39,052 nucleotides of DNA from Promethearchaeati archaeon (GTDB taxonomy: Archaea; Asgardarchaeota; Njordarchaeia; Njordarchaeales; Njordarchaeaceae), in assembly GCA_026993975.1 (NCBI GenBank), contig JALWRR010000186.1:1-39052 (forward strand). The letters are read 5' to 3'. Below the pieces are notes generated by a model that ran no database searches, was not told the origin of the DNA, and worked only from the letters and a program-made list of their open reading frames with translations. Of the stretch, positions 26,672 to 35,839 are shown piece after piece. The position numbers and the translations under genes were made by a program. Numbering within the stretch: the first letter of the stretch is position 1; every line of letters begins with the position of its first letter.

Positions 26672-27364
26672 TTTCACAAAGAAGTATTGAGGGAACTCGA
26701 TTGGCCCTAAATAATTACTTGTTATAAAGTTGATGGCATCTCTCCAATTTTCCTCAAAGGTAATATTGGGATAAAGATGAATAACTTTTTCACCCACATT
26801 GAACGAATCAAACTCCTCACTCTCTTCGTACCCATCCCTCATAACAGGAACTAATGAGTCAGCTTTCTCAAAAAGTACTTTAGAGGCCTTGTTCCTCAAC
26901 TCTATGCAATCACTCCAATCCTGCTTATTCTTCATAAGCAATATGTGAAGCTCAATACCTCGCCTAGCTACAACACCAATTGATTCCGCGTTTAATTCCT
27001 CAGCAAGCTTTAGATCGCTGGATAATATGTGAGGAGGAATTGTTGGCCACGTTCTAATCACACTTATTATCCTCCTAATGCCACTATTATATACTTCTTC
27101 AATTATTTTGTCGAGCGAAGAACCATGAATTAGGATAACGTTAAAATCACTATCAAGAATGAAGTATCTCTCTTTAAAAATTCTCTCTAAGTACTCTTCA
27201 CTAAATTGAGAAAGCAGCTTATTAATAACTGCTCCCCGATCATTCATCAAGATATAGTTTCTCATTGATTCATCAATCCTAACCAAGTCCCTTGGTTCAT
27301 CAACGTAATCAGCTATCTCTGACAATATAGTTCTATAAACCTTATCGAGAACCTTCTCAACCAT
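26663..27364 (-). CDS. Hypothetical protein, no recognisable family
   Basis: It is a 233-codon ORF with an ATG start. It is divergent from the GNAT fusion gene, and its 3' end overlaps the hyuB 3' end by 9 nt. Confidence 0.5.
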   Translation of the reverse strand: MVEKVLDKVYRTILSEIADYVDEPRDLVRIDESMRNYILMNDRGAVINKLLSQFSEEYLERIFKERYFILDSDFNVILIHGSSLDKIIEEVYNSGIRRIISVIRTWPTIPPHILSSDLKLAEELNAESIGVVARRGIELHILLMKNKQDWSDCIELRNKASKVLFEKADSLVPVMRDGYEESEEFDSFNVGEKVIHLYPNITFEENWRDAINFITSNYLGPIEFPQYFFVKLV

Positions 27365-27531
27365 AATTAATCAACACTAATGAATTTACTCCTATATAAA
27401 ACTACTAATTATTTCCCATAGAGATTTTAATTTTAACTCGTTAGAATCAAGAGGTGAATAGGAGTAACCATGTAATGTAACCATGAGAAACAAGTTAGCT
27501 TGTTGATTAAGGATATAAATAAGATATAAAT

Positions 27532-30219
27532 ATGAATAAATCAATACTTATTTCGAATTCATTTAAGAATTTCATGATTAATGGTATGGGATTAATCGGT
27601 GAGATTAATTTGAGCGACATAGTTGTTAGGGAAATTGAGAGAAATGATATGGGGGATATTCTGGATATTGTTAAGAGCGCTAAGTTTGATTTCCCAAGCG
27701 GATTCATGTTTAATGTTGATGATTTAAGTGAGGAGAAGTTATGGGAGATGTATAAGAGTAAGAAGGATTACCCAACTCTAGTAGCTGTTTATGATGGTAA
27801 AGTTATTGGTTTCGCGACAACAATGCGGCATTGGGATGAGGAGAATAACTTCTATATAATGCTGCTCCTAACGCATTCCAAGTATAGAGGTTTAGGAGCA
27901 GGAACGAAACTAATTAAGGAATGTTTTAAACTAGCTGTATCTAAGGGTCTTGATGTATTAAGCTTGCATACATGGGCTAGTAATAGAGCTATGAATCTAT
28001 ATAGTAGACTTGGATTTGTTTGGGTTCCTCACTCATCAGTCTACATGGTTAATTTCCTCCCTCAATTACTTAAGCATCCAAGAATAAAAGCTCTTTATGA
28101 TGATCCAGCGGATCTATTATTGTCCCTGAGGAAACCTCCCGAAAAAATATTAATTAACAAACATGTTGCATGGAGATACATTATTGATTCGTCTAGAGGA
28201 ATCATAGAAGTTGTATTTGATAGTGAATCAAAGAGACTACTTTCCATAAAGATTGGTGAGCACTATAAAATAAGCATTACTCCCCCAGAGAGGAGACCCT
28301 ACCTCAAAAATCAGGAATTAGAGTTGAAAATAGAGACCTCTGAGGAAGTAGCTACGAAGATCAGAGATGAATTAAGATTGCTTAAAGAAGGCTTAAATAA
28401 AGTTACTCTAAAGGCCCAAAAAGATAATGAGATCCTAATTGATAACTTTAAGTTCGGTTATAAACTAGAGATAATGAATCCAGTAGAGATAAAAATCCCG
28501 AAGAAACCACTAAGCACTCCTAGCAATCCCAAATTATTAATCAAATGTAATATCAATGAGCTAAATGATTCATTAATAATCATATGTGATGATGGACTAG
28601 ATATCCAGCCAAGAGAAATAAAAGTTGCTCTCAGAAGAAATGAGGCAATGACTGTTGATCTAAACGTTCATGGTCAAGGTAAAGCAGTATTTAGAATCCG
28701 CGACACAGAAGAGGAAGTATACTTCTTCAAGAATGATTTAATAAAGGTGTCTAAAGAGGGGCTAGAATCATTGAACTGGAAGGTGACTAGAGAGGAGATC
28801 TCACCATTATCAATAAGTGATTTCTCAATCTGGTACACTATTAAGTTATGTAGCAGGGATATTTTCTTCAAGTTTAATAGAGACGAGAAACTGTTTCAAT
28901 CGAAAACTGATGAGGCCATAATCAAATTAATCCCTAGGATCATTGGTGATTATCTAGAAGTAACCATAGACATTACTGCACTGAAAGATATTGATGATGA
29001 ATTGAACATCATTCTTTGGTGTGAATCAAGGGAACCAGATACATACTACATAATACCTATAGATCAACAGAGCTATATTCAAGAGAGATACTTTTACCCA
29101 TCAATTCCAAAAAGCACGAGTCTCTATAGAGTGAAGCTCCCGAAACCTCTAGTCGGGTACGATATTATGGGTCATAACATAATTATAGAGTTCAGTGAAG
29201 ACGCATTATACACATTCTGGTACAATCCCTTTGATATAGAGTTGACTTATCCAATAAAAATACGTAGAGGAGAGAGGATAAGGAAGGTTATTAGATTTAT
29301 GCTCAATAAGGATCTAACGAAGCTATTTGGCATGGAGAGAAAGCGGTTAATCGAATCAAGAATCGAGGGAGATGAGCTAGTTATAAGAAATAACTGGTTT
29401 AAACCAGTCTCACTAGAAATAATGTTTGATAATATTGGTGGAGAGATTAGCTTGGATCCTGGTCAAGTAAAGAGATACACGATTCTAAAAAGTGGCTTAG
29501 GTGAAATTGAATTAAGAATAAAGATGGGTTCTCTTATAGAGAGAAGAAAGCTCAGATACATGATACCTGAGAAAGTTGTTTGGGATGATTTATTAACCGA
29601 GTACAGAGACATGAAAATAGAGTTAACGAGGAGAGGTGCTACACCAAGAATAATAGATATACGGGGAGAACCTTTACTATTTTGGAGTGACGAGAAGGTA
29701 AAAACACCAACACGATTCCCAGTGATTTACGGTGGAATTGCCCTAAAGATACGTGAGGAGAATAAAGATATTAACCTTCATTTAGTAGATTGGGATTACG
29801 AGGGTAATGGGAAATTCAAGATAAGTGCTAAAGACCTTATCGTTAATAGAACATGGTTAATTCTGGGTAAAAACAAGATCTTGGAGGTTCTAGAAATAGA
29901 GAATGCTGGAAGAGAAGCAAGAGACATAAATGTTTACCAAATGCTTAACCTAAGTGATAAGATAAAGTTGGTTTGCAGTAAGAAATTCTGCATGATTAAC
30001 GATAAAGGAGTTTTATGGCTTAGCGATAAATCGCGTATAACAATTGAGTTAAGTAAAATAAGAGTAAAGTATCAATTAACAGCATCCAAAAACCAAATAA
30101 TAACAGCTATGCAAAATCTTAAGATGCATGGAGTAGTACAGAGCCAATGGCAATGGACATTACTACCAGGAGAGAGAAAGAAGGCATATAGTATTATAGA
30201 AGCAGAATTAAAGGCATGA
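27532..30219 (+). CDS. Large fusion protein: N-terminal GNAT N-acetyltransferase domain followed by ~720 aa of uncharacterised, beta-rich sequence
   Basis: The GNAT core lies at aa ~28-170 (VAVYDGKVIGFATT, LLLTHSKYRGLGAGTKLIKEC with the Q/R-x-x-G-x-G/A acetyl-CoA loop, and NRAMNLYSRLGF). The rest is not recognised. ATG 27574 or 27586 are alternative starts. Confidence 0.75.
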   Translation: MNKSILISNSFKNFMINGMGLIGEINLSDIVVREIERNDMGDILDIVKSAKFDFPSGFMFNVDDLSEEKLWEMYKSKKDYPTLVAVYDGKVIGFATTMRHWDEENNFYIMLLLTHSKYRGLGAGTKLIKECFKLAVSKGLDVLSLHTWASNRAMNLYSRLGFVWVPHSSVYMVNFLPQLLKHPRIKALYDDPADLLLSLRKPPEKILINKHVAWRYIIDSSRGIIEVVFDSESKRLLSIKIGEHYKISITPPERRPYLKNQELELKIETSEEVATKIRDELRLLKEGLNKVTLKAQKDNEILIDNFKFGYKLEIMNPVEIKIPKKPLSTPSNPKLLIKCNINELNDSLIIICDDGLDIQPREIKVALRRNEAMTVDLNVHGQGKAVFRIRDTEEEVYFFKNDLIKVSKEGLESLNWKVTREEISPLSISDFSIWYTIKLCSRDIFFKFNRDEKLFQSKTDEAIIKLIPRIIGDYLEVTIDITALKDIDDELNIILWCESREPDTYYIIPIDQQSYIQERYFYPSIPKSTSLYRVKLPKPLVGYDIMGHNIIIEFSEDALYTFWYNPFDIELTYPIKIRRGERIRKVIRFMLNKDLTKLFGMERKRLIESRIEGDELVIRNNWFKPVSLEIMFDNIGGEISLDPGQVKRYTILKSGLGEIELRIKMGSLIERRKLRYMIPEKVVWDDLLTEYRDMKIELTRRGATPRIIDIRGEPLLFWSDEKVKTPTRFPVIYGGIALKIREENKDINLHLVDWDYEGNGKFKISAKDLIVNRTWLILGKNKILEVLEIENAGREARDINVYQMLNLSDKIKLVCSKKFCMINDKGVLWLSDKSRITIELSKIRVKYQLTASKNQIITAMQNLKMHGVVQSQWQWTLLPGERKKAYSIIEAELKA

Positions 30220-30315
30220 TTTTAAAATAAATCAATCATTATTTTTCTTTCAACTTGCAACAGGAATAGCTTAAAATTGAATTCTTCCCCCGGGAAAACG
30301 AGGATCTAGAGCCAC

Positions 30316-30660
30316 TTAAATAGATTCCAATAACTGTATAATCCTCTTCATGGTTCTTATCTTATCCTCAAGAAACTCCTTTCCTTCACTAGTTATGTAG
30401 TAAATTCTTTTTGGTCTATTCTCTGTCTTAATGCTCCACTCGGATCTAACTAGCCCCATTCTCTCAAATTTTCTAAGAATAAAGTATATGACTTGCCTAG
30501 GAATATTGATGTTGAGTATTTTGTTTAGGTTTTCAGCAAGCTCATATCCATGCTTAGGTTCCTTGCAAAGTAATTTTAGTATGAATAATCCAACAATCAT
30601 TGCATGGATCACGTGTCTCCATGACTTACCAGCCTTAAAGGGCTTCTTATGATTTCCCAT
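30316..30660 (-). CDS. PadR-family transcriptional regulator
   Basis: It has a winged-HTH pattern KEPKHGYELAENL...YFILRKFERMGLVRSEW...RPKRIYYITSEGKEFL and the small size typical of PadR-s2. It is divergent from an ABC-2 exporter operon. Confidence 0.85.
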   Translation of the reverse strand: MGNHKKPFKAGKSWRHVIHAMIVGLFILKLLCKEPKHGYELAENLNKILNINIPRQVIYFILRKFERMGLVRSEWSIKTENRPKRIYYITSEGKEFLEDKIRTMKRIIQLLESI

Positions 30661-30672
30661 TCCAAAAACACC

Positions 30673-30716
30673 TTACTGTATAGTAATAATTTTAAATAGT
30701 AAAAAATTTTACTATT
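30673..30716. promoter_or_regulatory. Candidate PadR operator: perfect inverted repeat AATAGTAAAA-AA-TTTTACTATT (30695..30716) plus a related TTACT-GTAT-AGTAA palindrome (30673..30686)
   Basis: Read directly: the 10-bp arms are exact reverse complements. The half-site TAGTAA/TTACTA occurs four times within 44 bp of the 86-bp divergent promoter region. Confidence 0.55.
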
Positions 30717-30746
30717 ATATTTCTTAAAGATAACTAGGTGATTTAG

Positions 30747-31757
30747 TTGGGATCCGCAATTATCACTAATAACTTAACTAAGAAGTATGGTGAATTACTG
30801 GCTGTAGATCACATAAACTTAGAGATAAAGTCTGGTGAAATCTTTGGTTTATTAGGACCGAATGGAGCTGGAAAAACCACGACTATTCACATGTTAGCTA
30901 CAATACTGAAGCCTACTGAGGGTACAGCTATAGTTGCTGGTTACGATATAAGGAAGAATCCTAAAGAGATTAGGAAGAAGATTGGTATAGTTTTTCAGGA
31001 CATGACTATTGATAGGAATCTTACTGGCTACGAAAACATGTGGATCAATGGTAGGCTTTATGGCTTAAGCGGTAAAGCTCTTGAAGAATCAATTCTTGAG
31101 TTACTGGATTATGTTGAGTTGAAGGATTGGAAAGACGTTGAGGTGAAGAAGTATAGTGGAGGAATGATAAGGAGATTAGAGATAGCTAGATCTCTTCTCC
31201 ATCATCCAGAGATATTATTCCTAGATGAACCAACTATAGGCCTAGATCCACAAACCAGGGCGCATGTATGGGATTATATCATTAGAATAAAGAAAGAGAA
31301 AGGTATGACTATTCTACTTACTACTCATTACATGGATGAGGCGGAGAAGCTTTGTGATAGAATTGCTATAATTGATCATGGAAAGATAATTGCTCTAGGT
31401 ACTCCCGATGAATTAAAAACTATGGTTGGGCAGGACATCATTTATGTACGTATCCAATCACAAAACGGAAGAGTATCAGGATTCATTGAAAAATTAAAAA
31501 GCATCAATAGTAACAGTTCTGTGAATCTTAATCCACCTAACCTCATTTCCATAAGCGTGAAAAACGCTCCTAACGTTATTCCAACAGTATTCGAGATCGC
31601 TGATGAAGAAGGAATAAAAATTATTGAACTAAAATATTCAAGAGCGTCTCTAGATGATGTCTTTCTCAAACTAACTGGTAGAAGAATAAGAGATGAGAGT
31701 GGTTCATGGACAGACTTTGTTAGAACTAGAATGAGAGCTAGATTTAGAAGGAGGTGA
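30747..31757 (+). CDS. ABC transporter ATP-binding protein, DrrA/ABC-2 exporter type
   Basis: It has Walker A GPNGAGKTT, signature YSGGMIRRLE, Walker B LFLDEPTIGLD and H-loop TTHY, plus a C-terminal accessory domain. The start is TTG. Confidence 0.9.
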   Translation: MGSAIITNNLTKKYGELLAVDHINLEIKSGEIFGLLGPNGAGKTTTIHMLATILKPTEGTAIVAGYDIRKNPKEIRKKIGIVFQDMTIDRNLTGYENMWINGRLYGLSGKALEESILELLDYVELKDWKDVEVKKYSGGMIRRLEIARSLLHHPEILFLDEPTIGLDPQTRAHVWDYIIRIKKEKGMTILLTTHYMDEAEKLCDRIAIIDHGKIIALGTPDELKTMVGQDIIYVRIQSQNGRVSGFIEKLKSINSNSSVNLNPPNLISISVKNAPNVIPTVFEIADEEGIKIIELKYSRASLDDVFLKLTGRRIRDESGSWTDFVRTRMRARFRRR

Positions 31758-31763
31758 AATATT

Positions 31764-32540
31764 ATGGGGAGTTTACTAGATCCATTCATAGCTATGTGGT
31801 ATAGGCAGGTTAAGAGGTTTTGGAGAGCTAAACCAAGAGTTATAGGTACCTTTATTCAACCCATCTTCTGGTTACTTTTCTTTGGGCTTGGATTCTCTGC
31901 AGCTTTTAGAGCAGGTGGTAGAACTGGTGTATTCCTAGGTTTAGATTACTTGAGTTACCTGATGCCTGGAGTAGTATTAATGACTATTTTCATGGGCTCA
32001 TTCATGTCTGGGATATCAGTTATATGGGATAAGGAGTTTGGTTACCTAAAGGTTGTTTTAGTCTCTCCAGCATCAAGGAAAGCTAGTATAATTGGTAGAT
32101 CTCTTGGAGACGCAACCATAGCTATAATACAGGGACTAGTTATACTATTTTTCGGTTATCTAATAGTCCCAACCATAAACTTGCTTAATTTAATACCTTT
32201 CCTGATAGTATCAATAATAATGTCTTTATCTTTCGCAAGTCTAGGAATTATAATTGCAACGAAGATGCAGACTATAGAGGGATTCCAGCTAATAATAAAC
32301 ATAATAACGATGCCTCTCCTCTTCCTTAGCGGCATATTTTATCCAGTAAGTCTAGCTCCCTTATGGATCCGAGTTATTGCATTAGCTAACCCATTAACAT
32401 ATGCTGTAGATGCATCAAGATTCTTGCTCTTAGGGGTCAGTGAATTCAGTTTTATTTTTGATATCACGCTGCTAATATCTCTATCAAGCATCTTTCTTAT
32501 TCTAGCTATTTATCAATTCGATAAAGCCACCATAGGGTAA
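31764..32540 (+). CDS. ABC-2 type transporter permease
   Basis: It has six TMs and begins 7 nt after the ATPase stop, preceded by GGAGGTGA. The overall pattern is typical of ABC2_membrane proteins. Confidence 0.85.
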   Translation: MGSLLDPFIAMWYRQVKRFWRAKPRVIGTFIQPIFWLLFFGLGFSAAFRAGGRTGVFLGLDYLSYLMPGVVLMTIFMGSFMSGISVIWDKEFGYLKVVLVSPASRKASIIGRSLGDATIAIIQGLVILFFGYLIVPTINLLNLIPFLIVSIIMSLSFASLGIIIATKMQTIEGFQLIINIITMPLLFLSGIFYPVSLAPLWIRVIALANPLTYAVDASRFLLLGVSEFSFIFDITLLISLSSIFLILAIYQFDKATIG

Positions 32541-32597
32541 AATTTTATTTTTTGAATATTTTTTTCACTCTATCAAAATTCAATTAAGTGAAGCTTT

Positions 32598-33509
32598 ATG
32601 ACTATTAATCCTTTATTAAGGTTCTATATCGAGGGAATAGTGATTTATGGATTATTAGTATTCATACTCGCATTCTTCACCGGTTCCTTACTCGCATTCA
32701 TCGCTGCTTTACCAATCTTACTGATAGTATCTATTTTCGATGCAATGAGATTAGAGAAGCATAAGGAATCAATAAATATAGGAAACATGATTTCTCTTTC
32801 AATAATTATCTTCATTATTGGTTATTTGTTCAGAATAGTTTTTATTTGGCGTTTTGATCAGCCATTAGAGAAAGTATTAATATATTACTTATCAATAATA
32901 ACAATTATTGCTTACTATAAGCTTAGTTCTAGAGAGATATTATTTAGAAGAATCTTAATTGATTTGCTAGCTGGTTTAGTAATCCTAGTTATCATGATTT
33001 TCAGTACTTTCGGATCTTATTATATCTTATTTTACTTATATGGCTCAATAATATTATTTGATTGGATTCGCTTCGCGATTATTTTACCTGCAATGATTAC
33101 TGTTGGGTTTGGGGAAGAAGCTTTATTTAGAGGGCTCTTACAGAATATTTTCAGGGATAGGTTCGGTGTTAGGAAGGGTGTTTTCATAGCATCATTCATA
33201 TTCTTCGCTTTATGGCATACAGCATGGATTTTTGATTACGGCTTAACAATCAATTTCCTTTACTACGTCCTATTCACGGGGATTCTAGGAGTATTATTAG
33301 GTCTAGCTTATGAGGGGAGTGAATCATTATTGCCAGTTATAATTGCTCATGCCTTATGGGATTCTTATCAAGGCGCACTCTTCATCGGCAATGTAACGTT
33401 TAATCCGATTGCTTATTTCATTGCATTCATCATAAGTATTGTAATATATGTATTGGCCTTATTTTATATTAGAAGGATTATCTCTAGTCTTTACCGAAAA
33501 CTAGCCTAG
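32598..33509 (+). CDS. CPBP-family intramembrane glutamic endopeptidase (CAAX protease / Abi family)
   Basis: All three family motifs are present: GEEALFRGLL (EExxxR), FFALWH (FxxxH) and IAHALWD (HxxxD/N). The N-terminal half has extra TMs. Confidence 0.85.
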   Translation: MTINPLLRFYIEGIVIYGLLVFILAFFTGSLLAFIAALPILLIVSIFDAMRLEKHKESINIGNMISLSIIIFIIGYLFRIVFIWRFDQPLEKVLIYYLSIITIIAYYKLSSREILFRRILIDLLAGLVILVIMIFSTFGSYYILFYLYGSIILFDWIRFAIILPAMITVGFGEEALFRGLLQNIFRDRFGVRKGVFIASFIFFALWHTAWIFDYGLTINFLYYVLFTGILGVLLGLAYEGSESLLPVIIAHALWDSYQGALFIGNVTFNPIAYFIAFIISIVIYVLALFYIRRIISSLYRKLA

Positions 33510-34272
33510 GTAGTTCAGAGAACTCATTTATCACTATAAACTCTTTATTTAAAATATCTCTAAGCGAATCACTTATATCTATACCGTATCTCTGTCTCGT
33601 GAAATTAACTAATTTATCTCTAATACTAGATACTTTGTAAATCCCACTTGGGATATCATTATTTATGAAAAAGACATTATTTATCCCTGCTTTTAAAGCA
33701 CCATATAAATCGTAGTAAATGTGGTCTCCTACATAATATGCGTTGCTTAGATCCCTTGCTCCAACTACCTTTAATGCGTACTCATAAGCTTCTCTAAAAG
33801 GCTTAGCTCTAGGAACATCATCGTTAGTTAGCACGTAATCCAAGTAATTAAAAAGTCCAAGTCTCCTTAGAACTAGTTCCTGAAACTTTTTTCTTCCATT
33901 CGTTAATAGAATTGATTTATCATTGTTAGCTCTTATTCTCTTTAAGAAATCAATTACACCGTCCTTTATCCTTGGTGGGGATTTATTCACATACTCTGTG
34001 AAAAATCTATAGAAGATATCTTTCTGTTTATTCTCAATACCGAGTTTCCTTAATGTTTCATCAGTGATAATGTCCCAGTCAAAAGCTGTTCTTAGATCCC
34101 CTTTAATCACGTATGATTTATAAACGTCGTGAAACACTCTAGCTATTGTTTCATCACTAATGCTTGCTTTAAGGAATTTCTTTAATTCCTCCAAGGCGTA
34201 ATAAAAAGCTTTATTCTCTATCAATGTCCCATCCAAATCGAATATGAATAATCTACCAGTCAAATCAGTCAC
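33484..34272 (-). CDS. HAD-superfamily hydrolase (subfamily IA-like)
   Basis: It has motif I FIFDLDGTL, motif II LLTNG, a lysine in RAKP, and motif IV YVGDHIYYD. The track ORF extends to 34350, but motif I would then start at aa 36. GTG 34272 (giving MTDLTGRLFIFDLDG) lies about 26 nt downstream of a TATA-like GATTATTTATATTTAC (34308..34293, minus strand), so I prefer it. Confidence 0.75.
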   Translation of the reverse strand: MTDLTGRLFIFDLDGTLIENKAFYYALEELKKFLKASISDETIARVFHDVYKSYVIKGDLRTAFDWDIITDETLRKLGIENKQKDIFYRFFTEYVNKSPPRIKDGVIDFLKRIRANNDKSILLTNGRKKFQELVLRRLGLFNYLDYVLTNDDVPRAKPFREAYEYALKVVGARDLSNAYYVGDHIYYDLYGALKAGINNVFFINNDIPSGIYKVSSIRDKLVNFTRQRYGIDISDSLRDILNKEFIVINEFSELPRLVFGKD

Positions 34273-34315
34273 CGTTAAAAGAAAAAGGTAAAGTAAATAT
34301 AAATAATCCTCAGCT

Positions 34316-35707
34316 TTACAAGTAATACAGCTCATAGTTGAAGCCATCATAATAGATATTCCTGTTATTAGTCTCGACTTCTCCCCTCTGATTATCCACA
34401 GTATCGCTTCTTAAATATTTCTTAGGGGGATGAAAATCAGACATTATATCAACATTAAATACCGTACGGAAATTATCAATATTACCGAAATAGAATTCCC
34501 AGAGACGCTTATCTAACTGCCTCCATCTCCTACCGAACGATAAATCCGCGTATAACCAACCATAGGGTTCTACATAGAATTGCGCCCAATCATGTGGTGA
34601 TGGACTCTTCATAGCTGGATTAGCGTACCAACCACTCTGCCATCTAGCAGGCACCCCAACTATCCTCGCTAGATTGATAAAGAGTAGTGCTTGAAAGCCG
34701 CAATCCCCCCTAAGATTTCTTGCAACGAATTCTGGAATTGATTCATATGTAGAGTATTCTCTAACGTAAGTATATCGCAGATTCTTTGTTAACCAATCAT
34801 AGATCTTTTTAGCTTTGAGATAAGGGTTCTCCTCGTCTCCAACAATCTCGTAAGCTAGTCTCCTCATGAACCTGCTAAAGACGATGTGGGGTAATTGCTC
34901 TGAAGTATATTTCTTGTATAGTTCACTCTCCTCATCATAAGGTTTAACATCATTGGGATTAACTTTCCTATAAAAAGCGTTTATCTTATATTCAAATTCA
35001 ACAAAGAAAACTATTTCTCTCTCCTTGATACTAGTTATTTCTCTCTCGAAATAAATTGTTCTCTGAGGAGAATTCTCTGGAGCTAAAATATAATTGCTTG
35101 GACTAGCTCTTATGAGTTTAACTTCTGTCTGTTGATCTCCAACTCTTGGGAAAGGTAACCATACTCGTAAGATATCATCACCTGAGTCTAAGGTATCACT
35201 ATTAATAGTAATTTTTATTCCAGCTCTAACAACTCGCTCCGACAAGAAACCCTCTTTCCCCTCATTAATTATGCTTAAAACATGATTCTTAAGAGCTTCT
35301 CTAGGATTTCTATACTCCTCCCTTTTTTCATCCCTAATCTTCTTCTCTAAGCACTCATTGTCATCACAGAGGAATAATAAATTGCTGATAAATCTATTGA
35401 AGAAGAACCTCTTACCATCAATCAAAATGAAGTCTAGTAGGCCTTTATTCATCCATTCCTCAATTTTATTATCCTTGATGCCTGGGAACTCTTCTTTAAT
35501 TTTCCTTAATGCTTCATCCTCAGCAATCATGTAATCTTTTTTAATTCTTCTTAACCGCTCTAACTCAAATTCTAACCTATTCCTCAAATCCTTCGGTAAA
35601 TCCCTATTCAGCAATTCCTTGATTCTGTTTTCAGCAGCTCCAAATAACCCTAACTTCTCCAGATGTTCAATATCTTCAGGAAGCCTTACGTACAAGAAAT
35701 CCAGCAT
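34316..35707 (-). CDS. Transglutaminase-like cysteine protease/transglutaminase-fold protein with a helical N-terminal region
   Basis: A Cys-His-Asp triad is in its usual context: LRGDCGFQALLFINLARIVGVPARWQSGW, then SPHDWAQFYVEPYGWLYADLS. Confidence 0.8.
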   Translation of the reverse strand: MLDFLYVRLPEDIEHLEKLGLFGAAENRIKELLNRDLPKDLRNRLEFELERLRRIKKDYMIAEDEALRKIKEEFPGIKDNKIEEWMNKGLLDFILIDGKRFFFNRFISNLLFLCDDNECLEKKIRDEKREEYRNPREALKNHVLSIINEGKEGFLSERVVRAGIKITINSDTLDSGDDILRVWLPFPRVGDQQTEVKLIRASPSNYILAPENSPQRTIYFEREITSIKEREIVFFVEFEYKINAFYRKVNPNDVKPYDEESELYKKYTSEQLPHIVFSRFMRRLAYEIVGDEENPYLKAKKIYDWLTKNLRYTYVREYSTYESIPEFVARNLRGDCGFQALLFINLARIVGVPARWQSGWYANPAMKSPSPHDWAQFYVEPYGWLYADLSFGRRWRQLDKRLWEFYFGNIDNFRTVFNVDIMSDFHPPKKYLRSDTVDNQRGEVETNNRNIYYDGFNYELYYL

Positions 35708-35778
35708 ATAAACACCTTGATTATAAAATAATTTATTTACTTAATTGAAATGAAACATACTAAAAACATTTATATTTG

Positions 35779-35799
35779 CGTGAAGCATTAAAATTCACG
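35779..35799. promoter_or_regulatory. Inverted repeat CGTGAA-N9-TTCACG immediately downstream of a TATA-like TTTATATTT, upstream of the 35840 gene
   Basis: Read directly: the 6-bp arms are exact. It is positioned between the putative TATA box (35769..35777) and the TTG start. Confidence 0.25.
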
Positions 35800-35839
35800 T
35801 ATTATTCATGTAAATTTAGAGATCTAGGAAGCGATTCTA

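Noticed and set aside
34273-34350. First 26 codons of the 288-aa HAD ORF, which overlap the transglutaminase-like gene's 3' end
   Set aside because: The HAD motif I (DxDGT) should be near the N-terminus. A TATA-like box lies inside this stretch and a GTG sits about 26 nt downstream. The extension is therefore probably untranslated promoter sequence.
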